Assembly: GCA_965644295.1 (NCBI GenBank)
Contig: CBFFRP010000035.1
Coordinates: 228,122 to 292,121 of the forward strand
DNA length: 64,000 bases
Direction of reading: 5' to 3'
From: Paraphysomonas bandaiensis
Lineage: Eukaryota > Protista > Chrysophyceae
The position numbers and the translations under genes are program-made. Under the pieces are notes generated by a model that was given only the letters and a program-made list of their open reading frames with translations, was not told the DNA's origin and searched no databases. Shown here in pieces: positions 1 to 14,227 of the stretch. Position 1 is the stretch's first letter. Every line of letters starts with the position of its first letter.

Positions 1-1614
1 TCGATTACATTACTGTCAAAAAGTGTATTGTAAAGTATCTTCTTTCGTAAGTGACAACGTCTGCAGTTGTTACCCGCAAGAAATCTGGTAATGTAGCTGC
101 TCCTCTGTCTACTGTGGCGGCTATGCTTCCAGCACTTGGGCTTGGTAACGCTGCTCCTAAGCCCGCTGCAAGTAAACAATCGACTGTTGCAGCTGCAAAA
201 GCGCCGACCACTGCTGCAACGACAGGCAAGGTGGTTTCAAGTGGTAAGACCATAGCAGCCTCAACAGCGGCATCGAAGGGCACCCCTGAAAGGAATAAGA
301 GTGGTGAGATAAGACACTGTGAGGCACGCCTTTCTTTAGCCTTGTAGAATACGTATTATTGTCTGCATAGATTTATGAGATCTGTATACCGTTGATATCT
401 AAAGCTCTTTAACGTCTGCCCTATTTATATAGACAAAAAGTCGGCGGAATTGTCAAAACCTAAGGAGTCGTCTTCGAATGTTCCCGCTGCAACTTCTTGG
501 GCGTCAGCGGCCACTGGTGTGCAGCGTGGAACCTCAGGAAGCCCGGCGGCGAGTGAAAATGTGCCTATGGCTTCGTCAAGCGATTTAATTGATGGTGACA
601 AGGGGGACGGAGATGACGACAGGAACTCCTTGCCGGATAATTCATCATCACTTGCGGAAAATCAAAAAGCTGAAGTGCCACCTGACTCTGCTGTCGTCGG
701 GCCTCCTTCGGCCACGGGGGGTACTTCTAGTAGTGCACAGCAGTCTCACCCTGGCCAAAGTGTTCGCCAAGGAGATAACCTTGCATCTGGAAATGGCTCT
801 GCATCTTTCATGGGGAATCCGGGCATGCCACCACTTCATCCTCCATCTGGATCGAGTCATCATCATGGTGCGGCGTCGAACCAGAGCTCCCCATTAATAT
901 CCGGTATGTCCGGGCCGCCACAGGGAGCAAGGATTCTCACACCAGAAATGCAGGTACATACACGTAGATTTAACTGTCCAGTTGATGTTCTACGAGGTTG
1001 TATAAGTGCGTTTGGTTGAGGGTGTAAAATTTGTAGTGTAAAGTTTGATATGTACTGTCTGTAGTCTCTGGCTAATATGCTGAAAGTGTCAATGGCAACA
1101 ATTCCTCCTGCCGAGAGTAGTGACAGAAGTAGAGGGTACGGGCCTTCATGTGCTATTATTACCTTAATATTCTGCAATATTTATAGATACACCCCCAGGA
1201 ATCCCTACCCATGTCACCCCGCGTTTCCAACGCAACCACCATCTGTTATTGATAATCCAGCTTTATTTGATCGCCTTCCTGTGGACACCCTCTTCCTGGC
1301 CTTTTACTACCAGCAAAATACCCTTCAGCAGAATTTGGCTGCTAGACAGCTCAAAAAGCACTCATGGAGATTCCACAAGAAATACATGACGTGGTTCCAA
1401 AGGCATGAGGAGCCCAAGGTGACAACGGACGAGTATGAAGAAGGAACATACGTTTACTTCGATTATGAGAGCGGTAAGTGAGATTCGTGGCACTGTGGCT
1501 ATATTGTCATTTTTGTTGGTAGGGTGGTGTCAAAGAATCAAATCTAAGTTTACATTCGAGTACAGTTACTTAGAAGACGAACTGAGTCAATCCCAAGAAA
1601 AGAGCCATTCGTAG
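1..1614 (+). CDS. CNOT3: CCR4-NOT subunit NOT3/NOT5 (CNOT3-like), 3' portion, multi-exon; 5' end lies outside the window
   Basis: NOT-box motif LPVDTLFLAFYYQQNTLQQNLAARQLKKHSWRFHKKYMTWFQRHEEPK...YEEGTYVYFDYESG|WCQRIKSKFTFEYSYLEDE, preceded by a low-complexity linker; GT-AG introns; stop TAG at 1612-1614. Confidence 0.9.
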
Positions 1615-2331
1615 CACTCGAGATATGTTTGAAATAAAAGACAAAGTCATTGAAAGTTGAGGTGTATGCTTAGTAAATTCAACACTAGCTATAATGTTGT
1701 TGAAGTTGTGACCGTAGTTGTCAATATTGTTGACCCCGCTACTATTGATAATAAGACAGATCAAGCTAAATTATAGTCTAAGAGCTGATGTCGTTGTAGT
1801 TGTTACATACGAACGCTTGAATAATATATGGCGATTAGTCACTGACGATTCTCAGTATGATGATTGCGAAGGTGCAGTGGCTCTTATTTCATCGAAAATA
1901 TGTAAGTTGAGATTGGATATTGGATCTCCCGTTCTTGGCCTGGCTTAGGTAATTGGAAAACTGTTGTAGGTGGACATAAAAGCAATGCAGATATAGGAAT
2001 GAAAAATAGAATTTAAAGTCATGCATTAACACCAGTCGCGGAGGGAGGACGAGATAATATCCCTCCAATACAACACACACATTGTGCTACGTGTTACACA
2101 GAATTCTGCACAAATGTCCTTCTGATTAATAGTTTATAGAGAACATATTGCCCATACAAATTCTAGCAACTGATAACACAGCTATGTTGCACGCATGACA
2201 ACGATGGCATGAGAATGTTATGATCTTTGAGAAACAACAAAGTAACTGTGACTATTAACGCAGGTAGGTGATCAAGTCTTGAAAGAATTTACCTTAATTT
2301 ACGGTGGCCAAACAATCGCACATATGGAAGT

Positions 2332-3891
2332 TCACAACATCTTGGTGTGTTTTGAAATAGTCTTCGCGTAATAGGTTTCCAAATAGACTATTAGCCATGT
2401 CATAGAAAAGACTAGTGCACATATAAAACACTGGCTTCCACTTAGATCTAAGTGCATTGGAAGAACACCTTTTGTGCTGACAGCACCAGATTCAACTAAT
2501 GCTGCAAGATACAAAAGGATCAAAGCTATAAGAGATACGCGAACTGTTTCTAGGGTTGGGGCCTTGGAGTTGCCTTCGTTTATGAATCCAATGGACACTA
2601 GAGATATTACCGGTAACACACACTCCAGTAGAAGCCTCTCAAAGCACATGTTTTTGTGTGTCAAAAGAATGTGCAGCGCAGATAACAAGGTGAGTACAAA
2701 GTGTATAAGGCTATATGTCCGTAGAAGGAGCGAGGGCTTCCGGGTGCTACAGTACTTGATTCTCCCTGGTGGTGCTTTTCCTATGTGCGGTGGCAGCTGG
2801 GATGGGGCAGTAACAAGTAGATTCTGCGGCTGAAATACAATTGCGTGCTTTACTCTCCGTCGAAAGAGAACGCTTAGGAAACGTATCACTTTTCCTATAG
2901 ATCCATACTTGGTGGTAGGGCTCGCAGAGCTACCTGTGTCGTCGATATTGAGCATTCTTACCGCATGGGCATAGTTCGCATATAGAGGATTGAAACTGTT
3001 AAGTTGATTTCCAAGACCGTAAAAATCTTTCACTTCTTTTTCTTCTCGAAAAGTGCCAAACAAGCGGTCCCATATGATCAGTACGCCGGCGTAGTTGCAG
3101 TTCCCAGGGGGACGATGGTGCATGCGGTGATGTGATGGGGTGTTGAGTACAATTTCCAGAAATCCAAGCTTTCCTATCTGACCACCATCCCAACATATTA
3201 GCCAATTACGAATAGTGCCATCTGCATACCTGATCAGTGTGAATCCAAAACTGATATAGTGTATTCAGCTGGCTATGTCCTAGGAAGGCAGCAGGTGGGA
3301 AGCCTATGAAAGCAAGCGGCATATAGAAAAAGCGACTGTAAAGTGCCTGAGTCGTGCCTTGACGCAGCGCAGTAGCAAGATTATAGTACTCTCCTGAGTG
3401 ATGCACGGAGTGTCCAATCCACATGAAGTGATACTCGTGGGCAGTTCGATGCATCCAATAATACCCGAGATCTACTCCCAAAAACAGCGCCGCAAATACC
3501 CATGGAGACTCCACATCAATATTAAACATTCGCCAATGTTTATATATATAAATATAAGGAAACAGCGACAGGCCTCGCAACAACACATCAGTAATTTGCT
3601 GCACAATTCCCAAACTAATGGAGCAAACCGCCTCTTCGACGTTATATAGAGACCTCCGCCTGATATACGCCACAGCTGCACATGGAGTCACTTGCAGTGC
3701 AGTAAACACACACATCATTGTAACGCACCTGCCTCTGAGAATATCATGAGGAAGAAGAAGGGTATGGCGTTCGAGATGAAGGCTGGGACCCTGTCGACAT
3801 CTGTCACTGATAGAGATGAGGGGGACACTATGTAGAACATGGACCCTACAGGGACAATGAAATCATGCCACATATCCAGTGATAACTCCAT
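2332..3891 (-). CDS. AGMO: Alkylglycerol monooxygenase-like (fatty acid hydroxylase family) membrane enzyme, 3 exons
   Basis: His motifs YYWMHRTAHEY, HSVHHS, QFWIHT, HRMHH; NLATALRQG; NYAGVLIIWDRLFGTF; C-terminal TM helices. ATG at 3891. Confidence 0.85.
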
Positions 3892-4401
3892 AGCGCACTG
3901 TAGTGTAGCAGCTATGTGTGAAGTGTGTTGTATGTATGTGTGCGTATCTTCTGCCTGCTGTGCTGCAGCGTTATCTGCAGGCAGGTCCTGCTGCTGCTGT
4001 ATGTACACCTATATCCATACTCATAGATGCGCAGCAGTATTCCGGTGGATATCTACGTATCTACACTATGTATGGTATGAACATGCCGCAAGGATCTGCA
4101 GTATGCTCTGTGTAGTCTGTACGCTGTATTGGATTCATCCAGCGCTTTTTTGGTGAAGGAATTCCTACCAATTTTCTGTTTTCAGCAAGAAAACCCGAAT
4201 ATTATGCACTGTATCTATTGTCGTACTGTAGGTAGAGTATGTATTTGCACTATCAATCTGTCGAAAAATTGGTTTGATAGACCAGAAATACGTGCACGGT
4301 ATACCGCATGATCATGATATCCAGAGTGAGATGCGCGTGTGCTGTGAGTCATCGTGATGCGCTCTGCATGTCACTGCAGATCCAACTCGTCTCAGTGAAA
4401 G

Positions 4402-5742
4402 ATGTCATACAACTTCATATTCAGTACCACTAAGAGCATCCTCTATGAGCTGGGTTCATCAAGGAGGCTGGGAGGTCTTCTAAAGGGTTCAGTGAGTAGC
4501 GGGAGAGGGGGAGGGAGGGTGCTTCTGGTCACTGATAGGGGCATAGCTGACAGCGGACTATGTGATGGGTGTGTACAGGAGATGGAGAGGAGCGGGTATG
4601 AGGTAGACGTATACTCTGAGGTGAGACACACACATATAGAGAGACATGTGTACATAGAGTGAATGCATGTGTATATATGAGCCAACACAAGTGCTGCAGG
4701 TGATCGCCGATCCTCCTGAGGAGAACATAAGAGAAGCGGTGGATAGAGCCAAACAGAGGGGAGTGGTGGGTGTGGTCGGATTTGGTGGCGGTAGTTCGAT
4801 GGATGTTGCTAAACTAGTTTCATTTCTCTCTTCGAGTGAGTGCACACAGGACTTGTCAGACATATACGGTGTGGGTATGTGTAAAGGCAGCCGCCTACCT
4901 CTTATTCAGGTACCGACAACTGCTGGGACTGGAAGTGAAGTGACCCCAATATCTATTGTAACCACTGGTCAAAATGAGAAGAAGGGTATCGTATCACCTT
5001 TGCTTCTTCCGGACTGGGCCGTTTTGGATGGTGAGCTGACTCTCTCTGTCCCACCGAGCACGACCGCCGCAACAGGAATCGATGCAATGGTACACGCCAT
5101 CGAAGCGTATACAACTCGTTTGAAGAAGAATCCACTCTCGGATATTCTTGCTAAAGAGGCACTACGTTTACTCGGGGGAAACATACGGACAGTATGTAGT
5201 ACTACAGGTTGCAATGACGCTCACGCTCGTGGAGAGATGTTGCTGGGGTCTATGTATGCGGGAATGGCATTTGCCAATGCCCCTGTGGGTGCAGTACATG
5301 CACTGGCCTATCCCATTGGTACCCACTTTCACGTTCCTCATGGTCTCTCCAACTCCCTCATGCTACCGTAAGACTGTCAACATACAATTGACTTTGTATT
5401 ACTCACTTGTATTGGTGTATGTGCAGACATGTTTTGAGATTCAATTCATCTCGAGACGGAGGTAGTGAAAGGTGCGCAGCAATGTATGCGGAGCTGTCAG
5501 ATATTGTGTTTAATGAAGGGAGCAGTGGAGACGTATACGACAGGGCAGAACAGTTTGCAGTTCTTTTCGAGAAACTTGCGCAGGGGTTAAATATTCCGCT
5601 TAATCTGAGGGATGTGGGAATTAAAAGCACTGATATAAACGTTCTAGCACAAGAGGCAGTGAAGCAGACCAGACTGTTGCCTAATAATGCAAGAGATGTA
5701 TCCTTTGATGATGCATTACGCTTGTACGAATGTGCTCTTTAG
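4402..5742 (+). CDS. Iron-containing (group III) alcohol dehydrogenase, 3 exons
   Basis: GGGSSMD, PTTAGTGSEVT, DAMVHAIEAY, VHALAYPIG...HVPHG motifs; introns at ~4621-4699 and ~5368-5426. Confidence 0.9.
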
Positions 5743-5784
5743 ATTTAGTTCTTGATGATTATTGTTGGAATGCCTTGGTGGTAT

Positions 5785-5917
5785 AGTTATATATCAACCA
5801 TGGGTAATAAGAGGCTATATCGCCCCGAGCTCAAAATTTTAGAATGAGGGCGAAGAGCCCGAGTTTTAAAATTTAGACAAGGGACGATACTCCTCTTCCC
5901 TAGGTTAAATTGTAACT
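5785..5917. mobile_element. Short imperfect palindromic MITE-like element
   Basis: Ends agttatatatcaaccatggg / ccctaggttaaattgtaact are imperfectly complementary, with internal dyad symmetry; single copy in the window. Confidence 0.3.
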
Positions 5918-6202
5918 TATCCTCGTGATGTTGAAAACCAAATATCTAGATTGTATAGCTATTTGTAGCTTGCTTGCTCCATAAGAAATGAATAGGTGTT
6001 CCCTGATTAACATTAAGAAAAAAAGGAAAGCTCATTTTGTTTCAAATCAATGGTATATACTGTATGCTTTTAGGGAATAGCAGCTTCACTAGAATAAATC
6101 CGAACTAAAAAAAATCGCTACAACAAACGTACTCCTACCACAGGAGGATACTGAGGGAATAGCACCTGCGAGGTGTTGAAATTTGTACATAAGTGTGATG
6201 AT

Positions 6203-7124
6203 TCCTCAACAAAGTCGGACTTGCACCTTTCATGGTGTTCTGGGGGATTAGTACCGGAGATATTTCTCCGGGAAACTAAAGTGAACCGCATTAGATATAG
6301 TAAGCAGATATTGTTCTACACACTCGACAACGACGCCGTCTCCGGCAACTCTACCTATGCCCGAGGCCCAAACAGGGCACTGAGACAGCGCCACATTCAC
6401 ATTCCAACTCCCCACCCAACTCTCAGCCCACACACCTAGCACTGGGTACACTCAAGACCTTCCTACAGAACACAGAACCCCGTACCACCACAAAACCCTG
6501 TGGAGTCTCATCCCAAGGGGAGACCCCCTGATAACACGCGCCAGTGTGTCCTAGAACACACGATCATGGCGAAACTCACAGTCAACATTAAGAGCGGAAG
6601 TGGTCGCACCTTGGTGCTTGCGGCGACGCACAAGCAGCTTCTGTAGCGCTAAATAGTAGGATAATAGAGTTTGTGCTGATTAGTTATGGATATAATAGGT
6701 CTAAATAGTCTGTCTAGTATTCAACTAGCCACTACATTGGTGCAGATTTTTAACGCCTATTGCTAAATGATAAGACTTTCAATATATGCACACTCATAGC
6801 CAAATGCTTGTGTGGTACAAGAGACACACTTGTGTAAGATGTCTTTGGGCCTTCTTGACAAATAAACAGGCATCCGGCAATGAGGCCCACCTCAAGGGCA
6901 TCCGGGGTACTGGGCTGCCTACTGAAGTCAAACATCCGGGCTAGTTCATCTTAAGGACAGAGAGTGACAATGGTTGCATCTTGGTGCTTGCGGTGATGCA
7001 CAAGCAGCTTCCGTAGCGTGAAATAGTAGGATATTAGAGTTAAGCACTAGTTTGTTAATTGCTTTTTGCCACATTAGTTCTGACTCTTACACGCCTATTT
7101 TGCTAATAATCAGACATTTACTAC
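6203..7124 (+). mobile_element. SINE-like non-autonomous element (family A, copy A1), interrupted by a nested family-B insertion
   Basis: Head CCTCAACAAAGTCGGACTTGCACC, body and tail homologous to 42891-43398, 16246-16723 and 16920-17463; ends ...gacatttactac. Confidence 0.8.
6326..6788 (+). mobile_element. 5'-truncated non-LTR retroelement 3' fragment (family B) nested in A1
   Basis: TSD CACACTC (6319-6325 / 6789-6795); encodes a degenerate LGTLKTFLQNTEP...ESHPKGRPPD homologous to the end of the 32512-33717 ORF; carries the shared tail. Confidence 0.8.
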
Positions 7125-7827
7125 TGTCTTCCTGCTTCCCACTACCCAGATTACCGCGAGTCAGTGAAAATTACATATTTCTCTATTAATCAAGAGCATG
7201 TAGAGTACATTTGATATCATAAATATTGTCTGTGGTTTGGCTTATAATATTGAATTTTACTTGTAATAGCACAGTACTGACTGAATTACGTTAAGAGGGT
7301 ATATAATGAAATTGTGATGTTGTAGCACTGTGATTGTGGACGCCAACACCAAAATTCTGTTCTAAAAATTGTATCTTTAACAGCTACTATATTTTCAGTT
7401 TCTTTGTATAATTTTAATAGCTACTCCTATATTGTAGTCCTGTATATTCTGTATTTCATTGCTACTAGCGATAGACTTCAACAAGCTTCAAGTACGCACG
7501 TTGGAGTTGGTTGTAGTTCAATATTCGTAATAGCATAACAGAAAATACTAGGTGACAAAATTCTCTAAAATCTGCAGGTTTAGCTAAAGTACATTCACGG
7601 GCATATTTCAACTGCTCCACGAATATCAAATACCTCTCATACAATGTATAACAAGTTACACATAGCCATGAACTTCTAAAGCATAAGAATACAAGTACTA
7701 AAAATAGTCGTATTATCAAACATTACAATGAACACTAAATAATGTCATCAAATATAAATGGCACACACAGAACAAATCAGCTACTCTCTTGTGTCAGGAT
7801 AGCATGTATATACACTGCGAACTAGTA

Positions 7828-10800
7828 CTACAAGAGATATGGCTGAAATATGCGAGTAAACTCAGAGCAATTCACCATTTCATCGTCTTCCATGTCCATC
7901 ATTTTTCCAAGGATTGCATAACTAGCAACTTCAGGAATTTGAAGTGACTTAATTTTTTCGCGAAGCATTTTAACTGGAATAAACCCAACTACTTGCTCAT
8001 CGTAATACTCAAACAACGTTTCGAGGTCTGTTTCATTTAGAAAATCTTTTCCATATATTTTTCGCTTCGAAATTTCGTCTTGTACATATTTCAGTATCTG
8101 TTTCTGAACTTCTTTATTTGCATTGCTAAATACCACTGGAATGAGATCGTTAATCGTCAAATAACCTTGCTTATTGGTGTCAACACGATTAAATATCGTC
8201 CTTGCTTGTTGCTGACTTGTGTTTTTATTCAGTGATGTCAAAAAGTTGCACCATTCATCTGGATCGAGGTCACCGCTGTAATCAGCATCTACTTTTTGAA
8301 ATATTTCTAAAAAGTGTTTTACATCTGCCATCTTGTAGAAAGGGAGGAGTATCCTTGTAGTTAAAACCTTCTTTTGTGCAGAACTATCAGAAGCGCGGCT
8401 AAATGAGCTTTTAATCGCGATCACCAACTTCTTTTCGAGATAAGCAACGTTAGTTTGACTTGAACTCATAGTATTGCGAAATTTCGACTTCTTCTTAGAT
8501 GAGTAACTCTTCGGTTTTAATTGCCTGATTTCCCAGTCGGGTACACTACTGACCTCCGCCTCTGCAACTTTATCCATAAGACCTTTGATACGTTCCTCGT
8601 CGATTTTCAGGGCTCGCACTTCCTCGTCACACTTCATATTAGACGTATCTACAAAGTTTACTGTTTTGTTTGTGCTTTTCGTTTCTCTATCGCTCCCTTC
8701 ATCATCGTCGCCCATACTGGACGGCAAAGAAACCTCGTGCAGAGGAGGATCAAGCACGTGGACCAGACTCCCAACTCGCTTAATGTTGTGTTTTATACGT
8801 TGCACAGACACCACATGTTGAGCTCTTGCCTTCGAATATCGATGAGAATTTCCACTGAATTCAGTGTTTGCATGTTTATACATATCCTGCCACATAGAAG
8901 TGCCACAATTAACAACGTTAGACGCATACAACGTTGCCTACCTTTTGCTCTCCAAATCTGACTTCAGCGGCATTGACAGTGCCTAGAGTGGGGATTCGTA
9001 CTTTAGCAGACATATGTATGTTTCGTAACATTGTTTTTGGCATCGCCCTGTCGTACACTCGTACTTTATCATTATTACCGTTGATTCGTTGTAGAATTTT
9101 GTGTCCTTCCGCATCGATAAGGCCCTGCTGGTGACCTAAAGCAATTGAGTGTTCAGAAAATGCCGGAATCTCGTTGGGCACGATTTCCTCAGTCGTTGAC
9201 CACAATGAATGCATACTCTTTGTGGTCTTTTCAGAGCATGTGGAAGTTTGGGAACGCATCGAGGTCACAGAGGCCGATGAAACACTAATCGCATCTCCGT
9301 TAGCAGACTTTTTGCGGGAGCCATGTCGTGATAATAGTGGTGGAATCTTGGTTGGACTTTTCACATGATACGACGGAGATTTTGGCTTCAATTTACTAGG
9401 CGAAAGAGGGGATAATTGTGGAGCTGTAAAAGGCTTCAATTCTACTGGAGAAAATGAATCGCTCGAAGATCGTGCAGCAGGAATAGCAGTCAGACTACGA
9501 TGTTTAGTATCATCCATCTTCTCTAAGTCTTCCTCGTCGCTCCCAGCCACAGATGATGATTTGTGCACAAAATGACCCAAACCCTGGCTGAATTCATCTC
9601 CATGAAACGATGAGTTTCTCTCTATAGGGTTTTCCTCTTTGAGTCTGTGGGCAATGTTTTCATCTTCGGTTGAATCCTTAGGAGCACACAGTTCACGTAG
9701 CACTGACGCTCTGAAATGAGCTTTAGCAGCAGCTGCCTTCGACCTCTTCGTAACCTTCCCTAGACTCGAATCGTTCTTAGTCCGTAGCATTAACAGGTTG
9801 TTATCACCAGGCCCTGATCCAGCAATAAAAATGGAATTAATGGCCGCTTTCCTTCTGTCTAATCCTTTTTCAGGGGCAGGAGGCGGGGCATCTCCTACCA
9901 ATTCACGAACTAACTTGGCCGCAATATCTTTATGCGACTGGTTAATAGGAATTCGCTCCAGTATAAACTTCCAATTATCGTTTTCATCTTCTTCTTCGTC
10001 TATCATAGATCTAGCTTTCATACGCTCAGTAATATTAGGTAGTGGAAGCTCTCCAAGCATCTCATTGTCCATATTCCATATGCGATGATAGCCATCTAGG
10101 GAGACAGTTATAACACACCCATGATCGTGTAGAGGCACCACAGCCGGAATGATGTCAGAGTGCGCTTTCCATGCTCGAAGCGAATATTCAACAATCGGTG
10201 ACTCTTCCCCCACAATAGCGGTATTATTTGTGACAATATTAAATTGAGATTGACTTCGCTGCATCGTCATTTGCATTTCATGGAGTTGACGTTGTACTTT
10301 CGCATTCACCGCATCCTCCTCGCTTGCAGAGAGGTCTGAATCCACACTACTGTCATCGTCGTCAAATGTCTGAACGTTCTCAATGAAACTATCAGACAGA
10401 GCATCAGTATTTACGTTTTCATTACACTCATTACTCTCCAAATGTTTTGACTCCACGCTGCCTGGTACTGTCTTCGGGTCGCCCTGTAAAACATTAGAGT
10501 CATCGGATAATATCCCACGTTGTCTTGTAGCATTGGCTTTACTTATCAGAGTAGAAGCAGATGTAGGGAAGAGCTCTACAAACTTTTGTGAAGCTTCTTT
10601 TCGCAATCGCGATGCATCCCATACAATAAGATATCCCTCATCCGAAGTACCCACAAACAAGTCTCCTAACTTGATACTGTTTCTTGAGTTGCTTGACGAA
10701 TAGTTCACCGACCCATGGGGAGGACAGTGGAGTAGTGTCATTCCATTTATATATACTGTTGATGAATGGCGTAGTGAATGCGTGAGAGCAATCCTGAACT

Positions 10801-13651
10801 CGAACGTGTCCATTGTGTATATCCGTATGGCATTTCCAGTACACACGGCTAGAGTTAAGTAGTGCTTGGTCTCCAAAGGTAGGCCTTGGGCGATCCGTTC
10901 CTTGATCTCCATTGCGTCACCAGAAGCATATATTACTTCAATATCACAAATGCTAGCTTCTTCCTCAATAAGCATGAGACGCTTAAATGTGATAATATTC
11001 CACGCTCCCCAGAACTTTCCAGCAGATGCTCCCACCAACAGTTTTAAAGACGGAACTGCTTTCAAGACATTGATTCCGCAGTTATCTCCAATCGCTTGCT
11101 CTGCTGTAATATGGATCGACAGCCTCCCCGAATTCTCCTCTAGGCACCTAATTCTCCCATCCATAGACCCAGTGAACACAAGACTTCTATTTCCAGTCTT
11201 CATTACCACAATTGACATTATCTCCTTGCTGTGAACTACCATCGTATCAATAGGAGCTCCAGTAGCGAAATTCACTAGCATCAGCCTACCACTGCTGTAT
11301 CCTATGTACAGTCGTCTCCCACTTGTGCCATCCAGACATGCACTGGATATGTCTGAGTTATCGCTTGTGCAAAACGAAGATTGAAAACTCCCACTGCATA
11401 TATCGTATTTGAACATGTTCTTGCCGACACCAGTAACAATAGCAGCAGTGGGCTCGCTGTAAACGACGCAAGTGGGGGGGATAAATTCGACTGCATTCTT
11501 CTCCGGCAAGAGATGAACTAACTTCGTTGATCCGGCTATAATATTCGAATAGTACCCTTGAGAACTCTTGGGGTCAAATGGCAGTTCCATGAACCGTATA
11601 CGAGCTACTTGAGGTTCATGAGTATGAATTTTGAACACCTGTAGAACTTGAGCGAGTCCAGGATGACTTCCCTTTTCCTTTACAAATATGTTCCACAGTC
11701 GGAACTCTCCTGAATCATCAACAGTTACGGCTCTGAGATTGTCCTCTGTTTGATTGGCAGTACACATAATTTTGGCTGTTGCAATCGGCATGCGGTGTCC
11801 CCGAAGAATGAGAGTCGCCTCTTTTAGCGCTAAGTCCCATGTCTTGGCCTCACACTCATATCCTGCAGAGAGCAACACGCCTTTAGCAAACGACATGCAT
11901 CTGACACCCCTTTCGTGGCCCAGCAGGACTCCCTTCACCCGCCGACTACCTTGACTCCACAGCACTATGCGCTTATCCAGAGAGCAGGTTGCAAACAAGT
12001 CCAAAACATCGATGGCCAAGAAATCCGTCACCATGTCCTTGTGACGAATTAAATGGAATATTTTCGTGCCAAGGTCAATATCCCAGCCGTATATAATATT
12101 ATCTTGTGCTACAGAGCACAATATCTTACTCTTTTCGCTCCAACAGAGCTTCACATGCAAAAAACTCGATGTAATTTTATTGACAAGGCAGTAATGTATT
12201 TTCTTTCCGTTCAAACTACACTGCTCGCGGCAAGTCACAATGGTATGGTCAGATGCACAATAAGCATAAAGGTCTTTCGAGGGGATGAAACAACAATCAT
12301 GAATTTTAATTGTATCGTGAGCATCGATAGGGACCAATTTAGATGGCTCAATTTTGGCCATCAGTTCAAACCGGTCGCTAAATACATGCACTACATCACC
12401 TTTGTCCTGCATTACCATTAGTCGCTTGGTCTCAGGTGCATACCTCATTGTTGATAGTGGTATGTAACTACTCAGTACAGTATCAACAATGTTTTTATCC
12501 TCACTGTATTCAATAACGTAATCATCTAGCTTATCGGCGCCTTTCAAGGCATTGCCCCCTTCCGCTCCAACCGTACCCCCGACAAGTCCTGCATGAATGC
12601 AAAAAGTAGTGAACTCATCCCAGTCTACAGCCCCGTCGCCATTAAAATCTATCTGACTGAACATATCTTGCAGCATGGCAACCGTGTAAGCGGCCTCACT
12701 TTCGTCTATCACAGTTGGGTAGGACTCATATAGCTGGGCAAATATAGCAGCCGTGAAGTGTGTAATATCCAGTCCATCACTCTTTAAAAAGCTCTGTTTC
12801 AACTTAGGAAGGGCAGTAGATGAGAGGGCAGAGCATATGGCTTTAACGCTGGCAAAGAGGCGGGGGCGATATAAGTCCAAAGAAGGGACGGAAGATACCA
12901 CAATCTGCATGCACTTCTCATCTTTCTCCTTTCCAGTAGCCACATACACCGGGTCAAAAATATTTCTGTATTGCCATGCTGGTGTGCCGTTTTCGTTCCA
13001 ACCGTCTTTGTACAAGATACTCAATGCAACGCCCTGATAATCTTTACGTGTCCGGCTGACCGTCTGGAAAAGCGGTACGCTAGTAAACGCCCCGGGTTCA
13101 ACCTTGCTCATAAAATTCGAAGAGTCCTTGTCAAGGTTCTCCTGGGTACAGTGAACAACCACACGCTGCACGAATTGAAAGTTGCGAGGGCCACCATCGA
13201 TAAACAACAAGATAGCAGCAGTGCGTGGGTCTACTCCACTGAAATCAATATGGACGTTTTCTTGATGTGAGGATGTTTGAGCATGACTATCAATATCTGC
13301 TTCTAGCTTTGAACTGCCATCAAATGAGACGGGGTTATCAAATGTCAGTTTCTCAATAAATCTCGCCTTCGAATAGCAGTGACAATAAATAAGAGGCATA
13401 TATAATCACTTACTCGCTCATCATAAAAATAACACACTAAATCCAAATCACATATGATTCCATTGGACGTCAACCATTCAACAGCCTGCACAGTCATACA
13501 GAGAGACAGACAGACGTATGAATATCATAGCTACACTCATATGATATGCACATACCAGTCGCAGCCCTGTAGTCTTCTCTGTGAATTTAAAGGTGCCATT
13601 CGGACCGATTTTAGGGACACTGTCGTCTGAATGTCTTCTTTGTCGCTGCAT
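7828..13651 (-). CDS. Large (~1900 aa) TerD-like + EF-hand + WD40 + C-terminal EF-hand protein (WDR49/WDR64-like architecture)
   Basis: ORFs 8918-13399 and 7828-8931 are joined by a GT-AG intron at ~8888-8942; two small upstream exons from ATG 13651. EF-hands DFNGDGAVDWDE, DADYSGDLDPDE, DTNKQGYLTIND; multiple GH...WD-type repeats. Confidence 0.75.
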
Positions 13652-14227
13652 ATTATGTTAACGCCTATCACGCATCGGGTGCTTGGGCGGTTAAATAATA
13701 TCAATCCCTGCAGTGGTTCCTCTATAGAATGAGCTGGCTAACAGTGAGTGCTTTACACCTCATGATACACTCCTTATACTGCATATAACTCACATACACA
13801 TGAATGAATATGTGCACACAGCTCACTTCATTCTTCCTTCTTCTGTACTGCTATACTGCAAGGTACATACATCCCGGTGAGGTGCAGCCTGTACACACTG
13901 TTGTCCTCCAGTTCTTCTTCGTATGCATCGCACCTGCGCACTTCTGATACGAGCTTTCGGTTTTATTAGATCTACACAGCCTGTGCTACACCGTATACCA
14001 TGGTATACTACACCGTATACCTGTCCACAGGTCTGGTATACTGTACCGGTATACGGTGTACAGCAGCAGTGCAGTGATGTACACTGCTGTAGTACATCTA
14101 GACCTCTGCGGTTCTGCAGAGGAGAGCAGCGGCATGCATGGATCATGTACATATGCATAGTATTAAGTTCGTGTCTTCTATTTGCACTGCACGAAATGCA
14201 ATATGCCATTGGCTGGTAATGCTTATT

